Shown here in pieces: positions 47,641 to 59,540 of a stretch of 64,000 bases of DNA; position 1 is the first letter of the stretch; the number at the start of each line of letters is the position of its first letter. The position numbers and the translations under genes were made by a program. The DNA is from Callorhinchus milii (Eukaryota): positions 6,512,001 through 6,576,000 of the forward strand of contig NW_024704761.1 of assembly GCF_018977255.1 (NCBI RefSeq), read 5' to 3'. Below the pieces are notes generated by a model. The model did no database searches. It was not told where the DNA came from and saw only the letters and a program-made list of their open reading frames with translations.

Positions 47641-47656
47641 AGCAACTGTTAAAATT

Positions 47657-48018
47657 GGAGTCCTGTAGCTGAGCGGTTGGAGCACTTGCCTCGCAAGCCA
47701 GAGACCTGGGTTCGATTCCCAGCAGGGCGAAATGTTGGGCAAGTTTCCTTACTCCACACGCCTCTGTTTACCTAGCAGTAAGCAGGAATCTGGTTGTTAG
47801 TCGATTGGTGGATCGCTTTTACAGGGATAATAATTCCTTCAAAAATAAATTGGTCACTTCAAACCATGAACGTTTGTGTGACACAGTTGTGTGCAATTGG
47901 CTACCGCGTTTCGCCCACAAATGTACAGTCAATTCACTTTACAGTATATTCCGTGAAGCGCTTTGAGACGTCTCGAAGATGTGATAAGGCGCTATATCAA
48001 ATGCAAGGATTATTATTA
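47657..48018 (+). mobile_element. tRNA-Ala-headed SINE, long subfamily, full length
   Basis: GGAGTCCTGTAGCTGAGCGG...GGGTTCGATTCCC...AAATGCAAGG(ATT)n. Confidence 0.93.
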
Positions 48019-48902
48019 AAATTGGTTTGCAAATATTCCTTTAACAGACTAGAAAGAAAAAACATCCTCGACACAGTCCTGGAATGTAGAAATACTTTAA
48101 GATAGAGCAATGTTATCTGCTCACTTTTTGGTTAGTGGTTCAAGTATCTTCGCAAACTTACTCACTTTCAGGTCTTCACTATTTTTCCTATTTCTGACCG
48201 AGTAATGGAGCTGGCAGCGGTATACTTTGGCAGCCGACCAAATCCAGGTTTTAAAAAAAACTACTTAATAAGTTTAATGACCAGAAAATGAGCTGCTTGA
48301 ATTTTATAAGCAAGTCAGCTTTGTTTTTTAGTGGAAAAAGTAATATTTATTCACATATTTATTACCACGTGGTACAGTTGTTCCTTCTTAAAGACACAGT
48401 GCCTGATACACATTAGGAACCGAAGATGTTGGTTCTCTATGGCACAGCCTGTACAAAGTAGGTGCAATGTTACTGTCCCATTGCTTAGGCAGTAAATTAA
48501 TTTGCATTTTAATTCACACGGTAGCCCCTATCATTCTGATTCAAGGCAGCTCCCTAATAATGGTTGCAATTCAGTCCAACGTACTCTGGATTGCAGACAC
48601 TAATCTATGCAACATATACACTGACTGAAGATAGATAGACCGTTGCCTACAGGGAAGCATAAGAAAAAAAACTCCCTGGTAAGTCCAGAGCTGTTGGGAG
48701 AATCATGCTGCTTTTAATACCACTTCACTCATTAAGGCCGTGATCGATTCCACGGATATATCAGACTGAAATTAAACGAATCAACAAGGGCTTTTCAAAC
48801 AAAATGTAAAATCGGTCTGTATACTGACGAGGATGTTGAAACACCACTTACAAAACACACTTATTGTACTATTACTCTCAATGCATTTGCAATCGCGAAC
48901 TC

Positions 48903-49125
48903 CATTTTTATAGGGCCTTTCACATCCGAAGGATGTCCCAAGGCGCTGGACAGTTAGGGACTTGTATCCGAGCTGGGGGTTAGGATCAGGAGGGGTGGAC
49001 AGGGAGGGTAGGAATAGGATGGTGACCAAAGTTGCAATTGGAGGAGGTTCTTGAGAACGGCCTTGAAGGAAGCATGGGAGATAGCGAGGTGAAGGGTCTG
49101 TGGGATGGAGTTCCACACATTTAAG
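48903..49125 (-). mobile_element. L2-type LINE 3' fragment
   Basis: gcctttcacatccgaaggatgtcccaaggcgctggacagt...gagctggggg...cttgaaggaagca...ggatggagttcca (WNSIPQTLHL...SFK). Confidence 0.85.
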
Positions 49126-50084
49126 ACAGTTTTCCATGAAGCCTCACTATCTTGAATTTGAAGACAGTCGTTTCTAAGAACATGAAGCATTTCATGTCCC
49201 TGGTGCCTTGTGAAAATCAAGGCACAATATTCACCATATGCTTTTTTCCACCAATTGTGTTATATGTAGAGCATCCTCAAAGAACTGTAACAAAGTTATT
49301 ACTTATGACTTGCATTTTGTAGACTTGTGTTGTGTTGGAATCTTTTTTGCTTTATTCATTAAATGCTCCTTTTTCATTGTAGACTCCAATCTTTCACTGG
49401 CTGTGGCTGCTAACAGACTTACAATTCCCAGAACATGATCCTAAACTTTTTTTAATATTAATATTTCGCTATCTCCCTAGTGCGCAATGAGCAACAATCT
49501 AGTTATTTAAATTTCATTAGTTTCCTGTTTTCTCTACAAACTCAGATCTACCCACCCTCCAGCTCTCAGAATGAGCGTCTCACCAATTACTTTCTGTAAG
49601 GAGTAAAATAAGAGGCTGTTAATTTTTCTACCAATGATTCCACTTTGCCATCTCTCAGCACTTCCTTTCTTTAAAATATAATTGTCCAATGCCTTTCAAC
49701 TAACTTTTGGAGGGGGGATAGAGTGGGTTAGCACACATTAATTTTACCTCATTCAATCAGAGAGCTTTAAGATCATCTGCTGCCGCATTGTTCTATAGAA
49801 ACATCTCCAACAGTACTTCATTTCGGTTTGCTGCGATTCCCCCCTTCTGGTTTCATTTCCTAATTTATCATCTCCACCTTGAAAAACGCTGCCTCAAATC
49901 CAGTGCAGTAATTAAAATCAGAATCTAGCCTACATTGCAGTATCACATCCAACAGATTTGCTATTCCTGCTTCTCATGTGTTATTTAAATTCCAAATTGT
50001 CCACCATTTGAGAGTCACTCACTCCATTTTGCTTTTAACCTGATGTATCAGAATCTGCATTACCTCAGAAATGTAACCTTTCAT

Positions 50085-50620
50085 AGTCCAGGCTAACACT
50101 TCAATGCATTAGTGGGTGAGCATTGCATTGTCAGAGGTGCCATCCTTTGGTTAATAATTAATCCTTGCATTTGGTATAGCACCTTATCACATCGTCAAGA
50201 TATCTCAAAGCATTTCACAGGCTATTCTGTAAAAGGTTGTGACTATGTGTATTATGTGAACAGCAAATATGTACACAGCCATGGAGTGAGTGACCAATTT
50301 TATTTGGGGATTGTTGGCCAGGACACAGGGAGAATGATGAGACATTAAACTGAGGACCCAACTGTCTGTTCAGGAAAGTGTTAAAGATTCCATGATACTA
50401 TTCACTATTAAGAGAATGGAGTTTCTCCTAGTTTTCTTGCCAATAATCAGACTGGTTAATTGTTTGTTCCCTCAAATGAGTATTTGCAGAGCTTTGTTGT
50501 GCAAAAATTGCCTGTTGAATTTGTCTGCAAATGCACTTTCACTGCACTTGACAGCAATTACCTGTGAAGTGCTTTGGCACATTGACATTATAGGTGCTAT
50601 ACCTAATGCAAGCATTATTT
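50085..50620 (+). mobile_element. DeuSINE-like element interrupted by an opposite-strand Deu-type SINE (~50152-50335)
   Basis: ccaggctaacact...gcattgtcagaggtgccatcctttgg | insertion | atgagacattaaactgagg...aaagattccatgatactatt...gtgaagtgctttgg...aatgcaagc. Confidence 0.7.
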
Positions 50621-50969
50621 ATTTATTGATGACAGATTCCAGGATCGTGAAAAATAAAACCATCTGGAATTGTAGCATCCATCTTGCCAATTTCTACCTA
50701 GATCTGTTCAGACCTTAATTTTCGAAAGTTTATTTTCACCTATGCACCACTTTCAGCTCCAGTAGATTCATCTTCCATTTTCCTTGCAATATTGTTAATA
50801 TAATTGTAATACATTTTCTTCATTACCTTGATTCACGTAACCTCCTGATTTACCTCAACATTTCGATCTCTGTTGCACAGTTCATGCGTTCCCAGTCTAT
50901 GCTTTCACCTCTAAAGGAATTCCCATTTGTGTTCCCTATTCATACCCCCACCTGCCAATACTGTCCTGT

Positions 50970-51210
50970 AGTATCTGTAGTATAATGATTGGAGCACTTG
51001 CCTCGCAAACAAGAGGACCTGGGTTCGATTCCTAGGCAGGGCAAAACCTTAGGCACATTTCCTTACCCCACACACCTCTGTTTACCTTGCAGTAAGAAGG
51101 AACCTGGATGTGAGTCAATTGGCGATCTCTTTCTGGGAGTAATAATCCCTTTAAAAAAATTTTTATTAGAATTTGGTCACTCAATCCACGACTGTTTGTG
51201 GGACACTGTT
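50970..51210 (+). mobile_element. SINE, long subfamily, lacking its 3' tail
   Basis: ggagcacttgcctcgcaaacaagaggacctgggttcgattcc...gactgtttgtgggacactg, then an abrupt end. Confidence 0.85.
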
Positions 51211-52057
51211 ATGATTATTATATACACCCCCAGAAATACACTAGTTTGCTGTCAGCCACTGTTGACACTCACATGACGAATTGCCACCTGGCTTGTGGTG
51301 CTGCAGGGCAGACAAGCCTTCTCAGGCTCTTAAATATTAAGTAATCACACAAACTCTGGCCCAGTTTCATAGTTTTTCAGCCATTCGGCTGTACTCCATT
51401 CCCAATTCCTTCTTTCCTGTATAATTTATCAAGTATAAATCCAACCCAATTATTCTTCCCAGCCTTTATGCCATTACATATCAGCACTGGCAGTACCTCA
51501 GCTGTCATTGCATTTACACCTCTATCCTGCAACCTGAAAAGGTTCTTTATTTCCAATTACCTTATGCCTATATCAACTACAGGTTTTCAATACACAGCAT
51601 ATCCGTCTGCATGATGGGATTTACTTTAGGACAGGCATGGGAAAGAAATGGATGAAGTTTGCAGAGAATTGCACAGGTTGTATGGTTTTACAGAAGTAAT
51701 TGGACTGTAATAATGGGACATTTTGACAATCCTGAGCTAAAAGTAACCAGGTGAGGGGGTGTAATGGGGTGAGGGCCAGAGAATCTATTTATGATTTTGC
51801 TTTCGTAAATCAGCTCATCACCAATACATCAGTAAAAAGTGCTATATATAATGGACCTAGTTTTGAGCAATGAACCAGGATAGGGCTTGATGGTTGGAGA
51901 TACATTTGGAAGAATAAAACTTGTAAAAAGGCGTGGGAACCAGAGAGAAAATGGGATCTGAGCAGACAGCTCCAGAAGGGACACAGGCAATGATGGTCTT
52001 AATGACCTCCTGACATAGCTATGATTCTATGAGTACAAACACAGCTGATTTACCGGA

Positions 52058-52247
52058 TCAAAAAAACAATTGGTCACTTCAATCCACGACTGTTTGTGGG
52101 ACACTCCTGTATGCAATTGGCTACTGTGTTTCCCCCACAAAATATACAGTCAATTCACTTTATGTTCTGTGAAGTGCTTTGAGACGTCTTGAAGATGTGA
52201 TAAGGCACTATATCAAATGCAAGGATTATTATTATTAATATTATTAT
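52058..52247 (+). mobile_element. 5'-truncated SINE flanked by a ~35-bp direct duplication, at a CR1 3' end
   Basis: aattggtcacttcaatccacgactg...aaggattattatt; the flanks 52019-52053 and 52256-52290 are near-identical. Confidence 0.88.
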
Positions 52248-53204
52248 CTATGATTCTATGATTTTATGGGCACAAAAACAGCTGATTTACTGAATTATCT
52301 CTATCTAAACAGCTCCAGATGGAATCCTTATTTTGTTTCCTGACCATCTTTTAATGTCTCTTTTTTCATTGCACTGATTAATGTGATTAATTGATCCTTT
52401 TAAGATAAAAAGGAAAACGTTTCTTTCCCCTCCACCCCTACTGGTCAATTGCTGGGAGGTTCACCTTAAACTGCATTGCCTGCAAAAACAAGGCAAACTG
52501 ATCCAGAAATGTGGAAATTCAACAACTCTGTCAGTGTCTCGGTACATGTGCAGCTATTCCACTATTAGAAGGAAATCTGAACACTTATCCATCATCTATT
52601 TGTGGAAATTTCAAGCCTTGGATTATGGCTGGAGAATGGACAAAAATACACCAGCAGTCATCAAAAAGATTAAAACCCACACAATCACTTAATTAGGACA
52701 CGCAGATACCCACAGCACCTGAGTCAATTTAACTCTGGTAAACTGCCAAAGAGCCGGATTTGAATGCAGCAAACAAGGTAATCTTGGTTTAACCCTCACT
52801 GGAGTTCCCTCACTTCAACAGGGTGACCCAGCTGAAATTGGCAGAGCTCACTAGACTGAAGCAAACAAGTTTAGATGAGGCGGCCTTGGGACACAACCTC
52901 AAAGTCTCCTGGTTGGCAGCCAAGGATTCAACACTCTAGCTCCTAGGCTACTTCTAAATGCTTGTATTTCTGTTCAAAAAGAGAACTTGACTGAGCCACT
53001 GAATGCCCCCAAACTAAATGCTGTGAGATTCTGAACCAGTTTCCTATTGATCTGAGCACAACGTTATCATGAAAGCATGCTTCTTTTAACCACGATTGCT
53101 TTGGAAACCCTGAAGGGGAGAGTACAGTATCCTGCAAAAGTATGTATCATCTAGAGGTTTTGGTGTATTTTTACATGCATTTTTGATACATCAGGTATAA
53201 TACA

Positions 53205-53274
53205 AAATACAACACAAAATTACATGTGTAGCGCCTTTCACGCTGGGAGGACGTCCCAGAGCGCTGAACAGTCA
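53205..53274 (-). mobile_element. Short L2 tail fragment
   Basis: acaacacaaaattacatgtgtagcgcctttcacgctgggaggacgtcccagagcgctgaacagtc. Confidence 0.8.
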
Positions 53275-54354
53275 AGTATCGTAAAACCTCGGAGGGAAAG
53301 TTGAGGTGTGTTTCTGCCAGACAATTTGGGAAAAATTTGTCTGCTTTAAAAATTAATCCATGTTCAAACAGTCAGAATAAATGAGAGGTGAGATGGCCAA
53401 TGGGCCTTTCTGTGAGGTACTGCACTCATCATTCCTCCTCTAAAACTTTATCTATGTATTATTGAGTGCAACTGTTATTAGATTCAGATTGGCTTGGCTT
53501 TCTGAATTCTAACTCATTTTTATCTTTCATAATACAATAATTTATTTATTAGCGTCTCTTATTTAGTAGCTGGGCTCAGAAAGGATTAAAGATAACTGGA
53601 TAAAGAATGAAAAATAGATGACGCAGAGAGCAAAGACAGCCAACTAAGGAGGGAAGGGGAATAGCATTGGATGGTGTTGTTTCTGCCTGATCTTTGGGAT
53701 ACATTGTCCCCCCCATCATTTTCTTTGCTTTTCTCCTGATTTTGATCAAAGGGAAATCATTTCTTGCTAAGCCCATGATTGGGGACAAGCTTATGCTGGT
53801 CCGTGTATTTTTCTGATCTACCCTGTGGCTGTCAACGTTACAACAGAATGCACAACACACTGCATTGTGCTGGGACCACAGGTCTACCATTTGTAATGAG
53901 ACACATTTGTGGTGAAATTAACAAGCCTCAAGCACAATCTTCTTTAGGCTCTTTGTTTTGTAATTTTAATTACAGTGAAAGAGTACCACTAACACGTCCC
54001 ACAAGCGGTGGGGCTACATGTGGTCTAAATACATGTTCAATTTCAACGGGAACTATTTGTAGTCTGTCTCTGATCTGTCCCAACTCCTATAGTTGAACCC
54101 GATCTTAAACTCTCAATGATTGGAGATAGGACTGTCCAGAAATAGAGACTCTAAAATGGTCCCTGTTTAAAATGCTACACTGTTCATCAACAAACCAGAA
54201 CTAGGACACTCAAAATATTGGACGTTCCTACATTGCCTTGAATATACCTTCCTATCAATCTAGTTCCAAGCTTTATTTACTGAGCTGTTTTACTTTAAAA
54301 TAATCTTATAGCATCTTTGTGTAACATTCTATAGTTTTATAAATTGACGGGTGC

Positions 54355-54462
54355 TCCCACAATGGCTCAGTAACTTTATATAGCAGGGTGCCAAGCCACG
54401 TTTGTTCCCAAGTTCAATCCTTGGTCTATGTTGAATCAGCTGCTCTCAGTCAGGACAGCAAT
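54355..54462 (+). mobile_element. Possible LF-SINE-like 5' fragment
   Basis: tggctcag (A-box-like)...ccaagttcaatccttggtctatgttgaatcagctgctctcag. Confidence 0.5.
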
Positions 54463-55452
54463 ATAATTCAACCCACAAAGCCTCTGCATAACCCTAAATT
54501 ATAGAATCATTCTTTGCTGAACTCTCTTCAATGCAATGTAGTTTTGGAGGTAAACTGGCCTCAGTGATGACTGAAACAAGGTTATCACAACAGCTTATTG
54601 TTAACTTGCAATCAAATGGTCTCTAGGTAGCAGCTGTCTTGAGTCCAGTCTTGCGAATAAAAACTTCATACATATTGGAAACTTTCAGTGAAAGATCAAT
54701 AATCACTGGAATCATTTTCCTTTCTTCTCTAATGGATATCCCTTCTCCAGGCAAATATAGTTACCATTTCCGATTCCAATATGCATTACTCCACATTTAT
54801 CTGCATTAAAATCCCTTTGTCACAGAGGTGGAGTGCAACACTCTAAAGAGGCGCCTGCTAAATGTGTAATGGAGTAATTGTGATGAGATGAATTGTAAAA
54901 GAGTTTTCCATTATCTTGGCACCACTGTGTCTCGGAGCTGTCCTGGACCTGACACCAACCTGCTCCTCACAGAAAGGGATTTTGGATGAGTGAATCAGCT
55001 TGTTCCTTTCCTCTTGGTTGGGATGCAACAAAGCCGAATGCTCGCTCACCAATAAGTTGTGATGATGATAATAATAATCCTTGCATTTGATAGAGTCTTA
55101 TTAGGTTGTTGAGACAGGACACCGAGAGTAATTAGCTTCTCTTTTCGAATAGTACCATGGGATTTATAATGTCCCACCTCAGTTCACCATCACATTTAAA
55201 GAGGAGACTTCCCCCGCAACTACACACACACACATACATTCACACTCAGACAAAGCAGTTTAGATGATGCATTCTACGAATATTTCACATTATCTATTTT
55301 CGTTTTAAACTCCAATTATTTTGCTCGATGGGTTTCATAATAGGGTTGGCATTTCATTAATCTTCCAAGTGATCTCATTTTCCCAACACGATAAAGTGTT
55401 CTGTAAGCCTGACTGTCCACTTTCTTTGTCTGCCAGCAGTTTGGGGACCATT

Positions 55453-55790
55453 CAACAGCAACATCTTGCATTTATATAGCATCCCTCACACAGGGTAGCT
55501 TCCCAGAGTGCTTGACAGTGGTGGAGCATGACTCCGAGCCAGGAAGAGATGACTAAAGGCACAGTCGAATAGGAAGGTCTTCAGGTGCGACCTGAAAATG
55601 GGGAAGGAAGGGGCAACTGTGGAGAGATAGAGGAAGAGTGTTCCAAGTTTTGGGGCTGAAAGCCCAGCCACTAATGGTGGAATGGAGGGCTCAGGGGACA
55701 TGCAGAAGGCCAGAGCCAGTCGAGCAGAGGCAGCGCATTGTGCGGTAAGCAGGTCAAAGAGGTCTGGAGATGCCAGGGCATTCAGGAGAA
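55453..55790 (-). mobile_element. L2-type LINE 3' fragment
   Basis: The translation includes FRSHLKTFLFDCAF; tail caacagcaacatcttgcatttatatagc. Confidence 0.85.
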
Positions 55791-56939
55791 GATAGTGATA
55801 GATGTAGCACGTCTCTAGTACCTTGTCCAAGTAGCCATTCTTCATTTGTGATCCTGAGAGAGTCAGTGGATTATTCAATGAAGTGGGCGTCACAGCAGAG
55901 AAGCATCTTGTCCTCATCAGGCATCTATATCAGAGCATTGTTCAGGAGGAACACATTAAAAATTAAACAAACCAAGTGAGACGAGCGATTACAAAGAACT
56001 TCCCCCCTCTTGGAGAAGTAGTTGGACTCCAGAATAAACCGTTTTGGTTTATACATAAAGAATGGTCTCTTGAAGTTCTGAAACTCACTGCAGCAGAGCA
56101 TACATCAGCACAAGTCAATGTCTTTAGTTCAGCATTTAAAAAGGGTGAAATTTGGAAACAAGATTTTGATACATCTCGATACGAATAGGATCTTAAATCT
56201 CTATAAATGGTAAAATTGCAAATTGCCGAAAAATAAGTCTCCTGTCTTATCTCACTAGATACTTGCAAGCTTCGTGATGCAAATTAAATAACTGGAGGGG
56301 AAAATCCTTGGCACGGTAAATGGAAATGTAACAGCAAGGGAATCAGGTGGTATTTCAATCTCTATGAAGTCCTGCAACAGACCAGTTTAAAATAAGGAAA
56401 AGAGATCTGTGAACTGTGAAATTGCCTCAAGTCCAGTGTTTACCACATTACATATAATTAACCATCTGGGATGCAACGTTCACATCCATAGAAAAAGACA
56501 CAGTGCTCTAGTTAAATCAATTATTAGAGAATCTTACCCTAAAAATGCTGTTTTACCCTTCTATATATAGATGTATATGTAATTGCCAGATGTTGAACTG
56601 ATGGTCTTCAATTATAATCGGATCATGCGCAGAAGGTTCCTTTAAATAAAATAGTATATCACGATTCACAAACAAATTTAACAATGGACAGAGGAAAGGG
56701 AAGTTTGCAAGACTAGGATGAATAATAGCCTAGGCTTCCTTGAAAATAAGCAGTGTACTTCTTGGACCTCCATTCTGTATCCGAGATTTTTTTGTTAAAT
56801 CACTTAATAATACCCTTGGAGCAAGACTGAATGGGACAGGCTCTCTAGCAACCACAAAGCTGCTGATATTGTCCTTCGTAATCTGAGGTCCCATTCTTAA
56901 ATAAAAATTTGTGTTTTTCGACAACCCACATACAAAGAT

Positions 56940-57165
56940 TTACAAAGAATTTATAGCAAGGAAACAGTCCGCTCAGTCAAACCAGTCCATTCCGACGTTT
57001 ATAATCCACATGAATCCTCATCTATCACTTTACTCCCTCCCATACCCTTCTATTCCCCTCTCCCTCATGTGAAGTTCTAGCTTCCTCTTAAACGCATCTA
57101 CACTATTTGATTCAAACCATTGATTCAGGCAGCGAGGTCCACAATCTCACTACCCTGTGCGTGCA
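56940..57165 (-). mobile_element. CR1-type LINE 3' fragment
   Basis: ccatacccttctattcccctctccctcatgtg...ctagcttcctcttaaacgcatctacactat...agcgaggtccacaatctcactaccctgtgcgtg. Confidence 0.7.
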
Positions 57166-58811
57166 GTCGTTCCTCCACGCATCACTCAGCACTAAGAATA
57201 TTTGTTTCATTTGGTAATTTGGTAATTGGATCGACTTACAGCAATTACCGATTTGTGTCCATTTCTTTTTTTTAATAAAAAATCACAAGGGTTTAATTTG
57301 CAGCATTTCTGGCTGCTGTGACAAACCTTACAGTTCCCAGAAAATGTCCCCATTGCGCGTTTTCTTAGTGAGTAATCCCAGTAAGACATTTTGCATGTGA
57401 AACCCCATTGTTCCCAATCAAGTTTAATTTTTTTTAATGAACAAAGTCCAAGTCTTCAGAATGTTTGGACTCTATCAGTGCATTGTTTGAGGCTGGTTGA
57501 ATTTCCAGACTACAAACAGAATTTCCTCAAGTGGAAGGCAAAGAGTCACGGGGATCAGACGTAACCTGCGAGGCATTTCCATGCTACTGAGAACTGAGAT
57601 CCATTATTCAAAGCATGAAACAACCGTAGATGTTTTGATACACTCAACAATCTAATGTCAAATTGCAGATCTGACAGGGTTTTCAGGGTAAACCAAGTAG
57701 TTGACTTGTCTTCTCACGAGGTTCTCGGTTGGTGCTAGAAGGTGCTCAGCACTCAGGCCTGGTACATTTCATCACTTTGAGTCATAGACCACCATACGAG
57801 GGATTTTTCTCAACATGCCCTGCTTTCAGGATTCAGTGGCAGCTGTATTGCTCGAGGAACAGCACCAAGCAGTGACCCCAAAGAGATCAACAACAACTTG
57901 CATGCAGTTGTTACCTCATGCAGGGCAGCGTCCCAGAGTACCTCCCATATGTGCCTCCTTAGACTGGAAGGGGACACCTGGCCTACAGAAAGCTTAAATT
58001 AAATTGGGGAAAAAAGAAAGAGAACAAAAATCTATTTTGAAAAGAGAAATAATTATATGATTGAAAGAGGAAGTGGGGACTTTTCTCAGTACCGCAACTT
58101 TTGGTACAGACGGCAAAAAAAACGTTTACAGCCTAATCTGCAATACACCCTGCAATTCAAGCTATTAAATTTGCATCCTTCCCCTCAGATCTTCAACCCA
58201 GAAACAGCCTTTCATTCATTTCTCACTTCACCTCAAACGGCCTTGGTTTGCTAAAGGTGCCATTTACTTTAAGAATTTCCTGCCTCAAAATCTTTTGCAA
58301 CGGACACACTAGGACGGAAGCTTGCTCTGTGCTGGATATTTTGACCACAGGCTGTCTAGTCAGAGGGTGATTTATCACAGGCCAGAAATTTATTCTGCTA
58401 CAAGGGACAGATAAACTTGACAGGAGAGAAAGGAAGGCCCTTTTAAAGCGTCTTTCCAGTAGAAAAGTAATTTGGATCTGAATTGCTCAATGATGTGAAA
58501 TGAAATATTGAATCTAACTCTAGAATATTTCATTAGTTTTTGTTGTACTTGCTCTTGAAGAGTTAACTTTTTTTGAAAAAAAAGGAAAACGTTGGAAATT
58601 ATTTTTTTTATGCTGACATTTAACTTCTGGAAAACTGGATGAGAGGCAAGCAATTGTTTTTGTGCAGAAATACAACTGGGATTCAGAAGTCTAGATTTGG
58701 TAAGGAAGGCGTGAGGGTGGGGGTGGAAATGCTGAGCCTTGATGAATTCGATGGAAAAGGTTGCAGTTCAGGGTGAAAGTGGAAACCGAATACAGTAGAT
58801 TGTAAAGAATT

Positions 58812-59129
58812 AATAATAATAATAATCCTTGAATTTGATATAGCGCTTTTCACGTCTTCTAGACGTCCCAAAGCGCTTCACAGAATATACTGTAAAATGA
58901 ATTGACTGCATATTTGTGGGCGAACGCGGCAGCCAATTGCGCACAGCAGTGTCCCACAAACAGTCGTAGATCGAAAATGACCAATTTATTATTGTTTTTT
59001 TTTGGAGGGATTATTATTAGGCTCTGTGTGTGGAGTAAGGAAACTTGCCCAAGGTTTCGCCCTCTGCCTGGAATTGAACTTAGGTCTCTCGCTTCCCAAG
59101 CGAGTGCTCTAACCACTGAGCTACAGGAC
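58812..59129 (-). mobile_element. tRNA-headed SINE, short subfamily, full length
   Basis: Runs from the (AAT)n tail to cactgagctacaggac; very similar to 4285-4604. Confidence 0.93.
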
Positions 59130-59328
59130 GTAGCAAAAAGAAAATCAAAGAACCCAAATCGCAACTGCAGCCACCTGGATAGCGGGGTTAGAGGGGGAAA
59201 GGCCCATGACTTATTTAAGAACCAGTTTGATGCTGTTATGGGAGGACAGTAGGATTGGCAAACAGCTGCCTTAAGAACACAACTGTGCCAGCGAGAAAAT
59301 AGCCCAGTTGTAACCTTCATTCAATAAC

Positions 59329-59540
59329 TGGTCAGTGGTGAGTTAGCTGATCTCAGCTGGAGTGACTATATAATTAGACTCAGTGCCTCTGGCTAAGGAA
59401 GAGGGGGAGAGGGGAAAAGCAGCAGATTTTCTCATTCTGATTGCTAATGAGCGCCCCCTGCTGGAATCGTACTTGGCTATCGACCGAGAACATGACCAGC
59501 TTCTGCCGCGTTACCCCTGTCAATTTGCCCGACTGTCACA
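59329..59540 (+). mobile_element. LF-SINE-like relic
   Basis: ggtcagtggtgagttagctgatctcagctgg...aattagactcagtgcctctggctaagg...ggggaaaa...ctgattgcta...cccctgctggaa is colinear with the LF-SINE consensus as I recall it. Confidence 0.7.
59450..59464 (-). promoter_or_regulatory. Candidate CTCF binding motif
   Basis: The minus strand reads CCAGCAGGGGGCGCT, matching the CTCF core CCASYAGRKGGCRS. Binding is not demonstrated. Confidence 0.5.

Noticed and set aside
47657..47732. tRNA-Ala(CGC) gene, and similar heads at 1712, 16426, 25051 and 43650
   Set aside because: A and B boxes and an anticodon-like arm are present, but there is no proper acceptor stem, the copies are diverged, and each continues into the SINE body.
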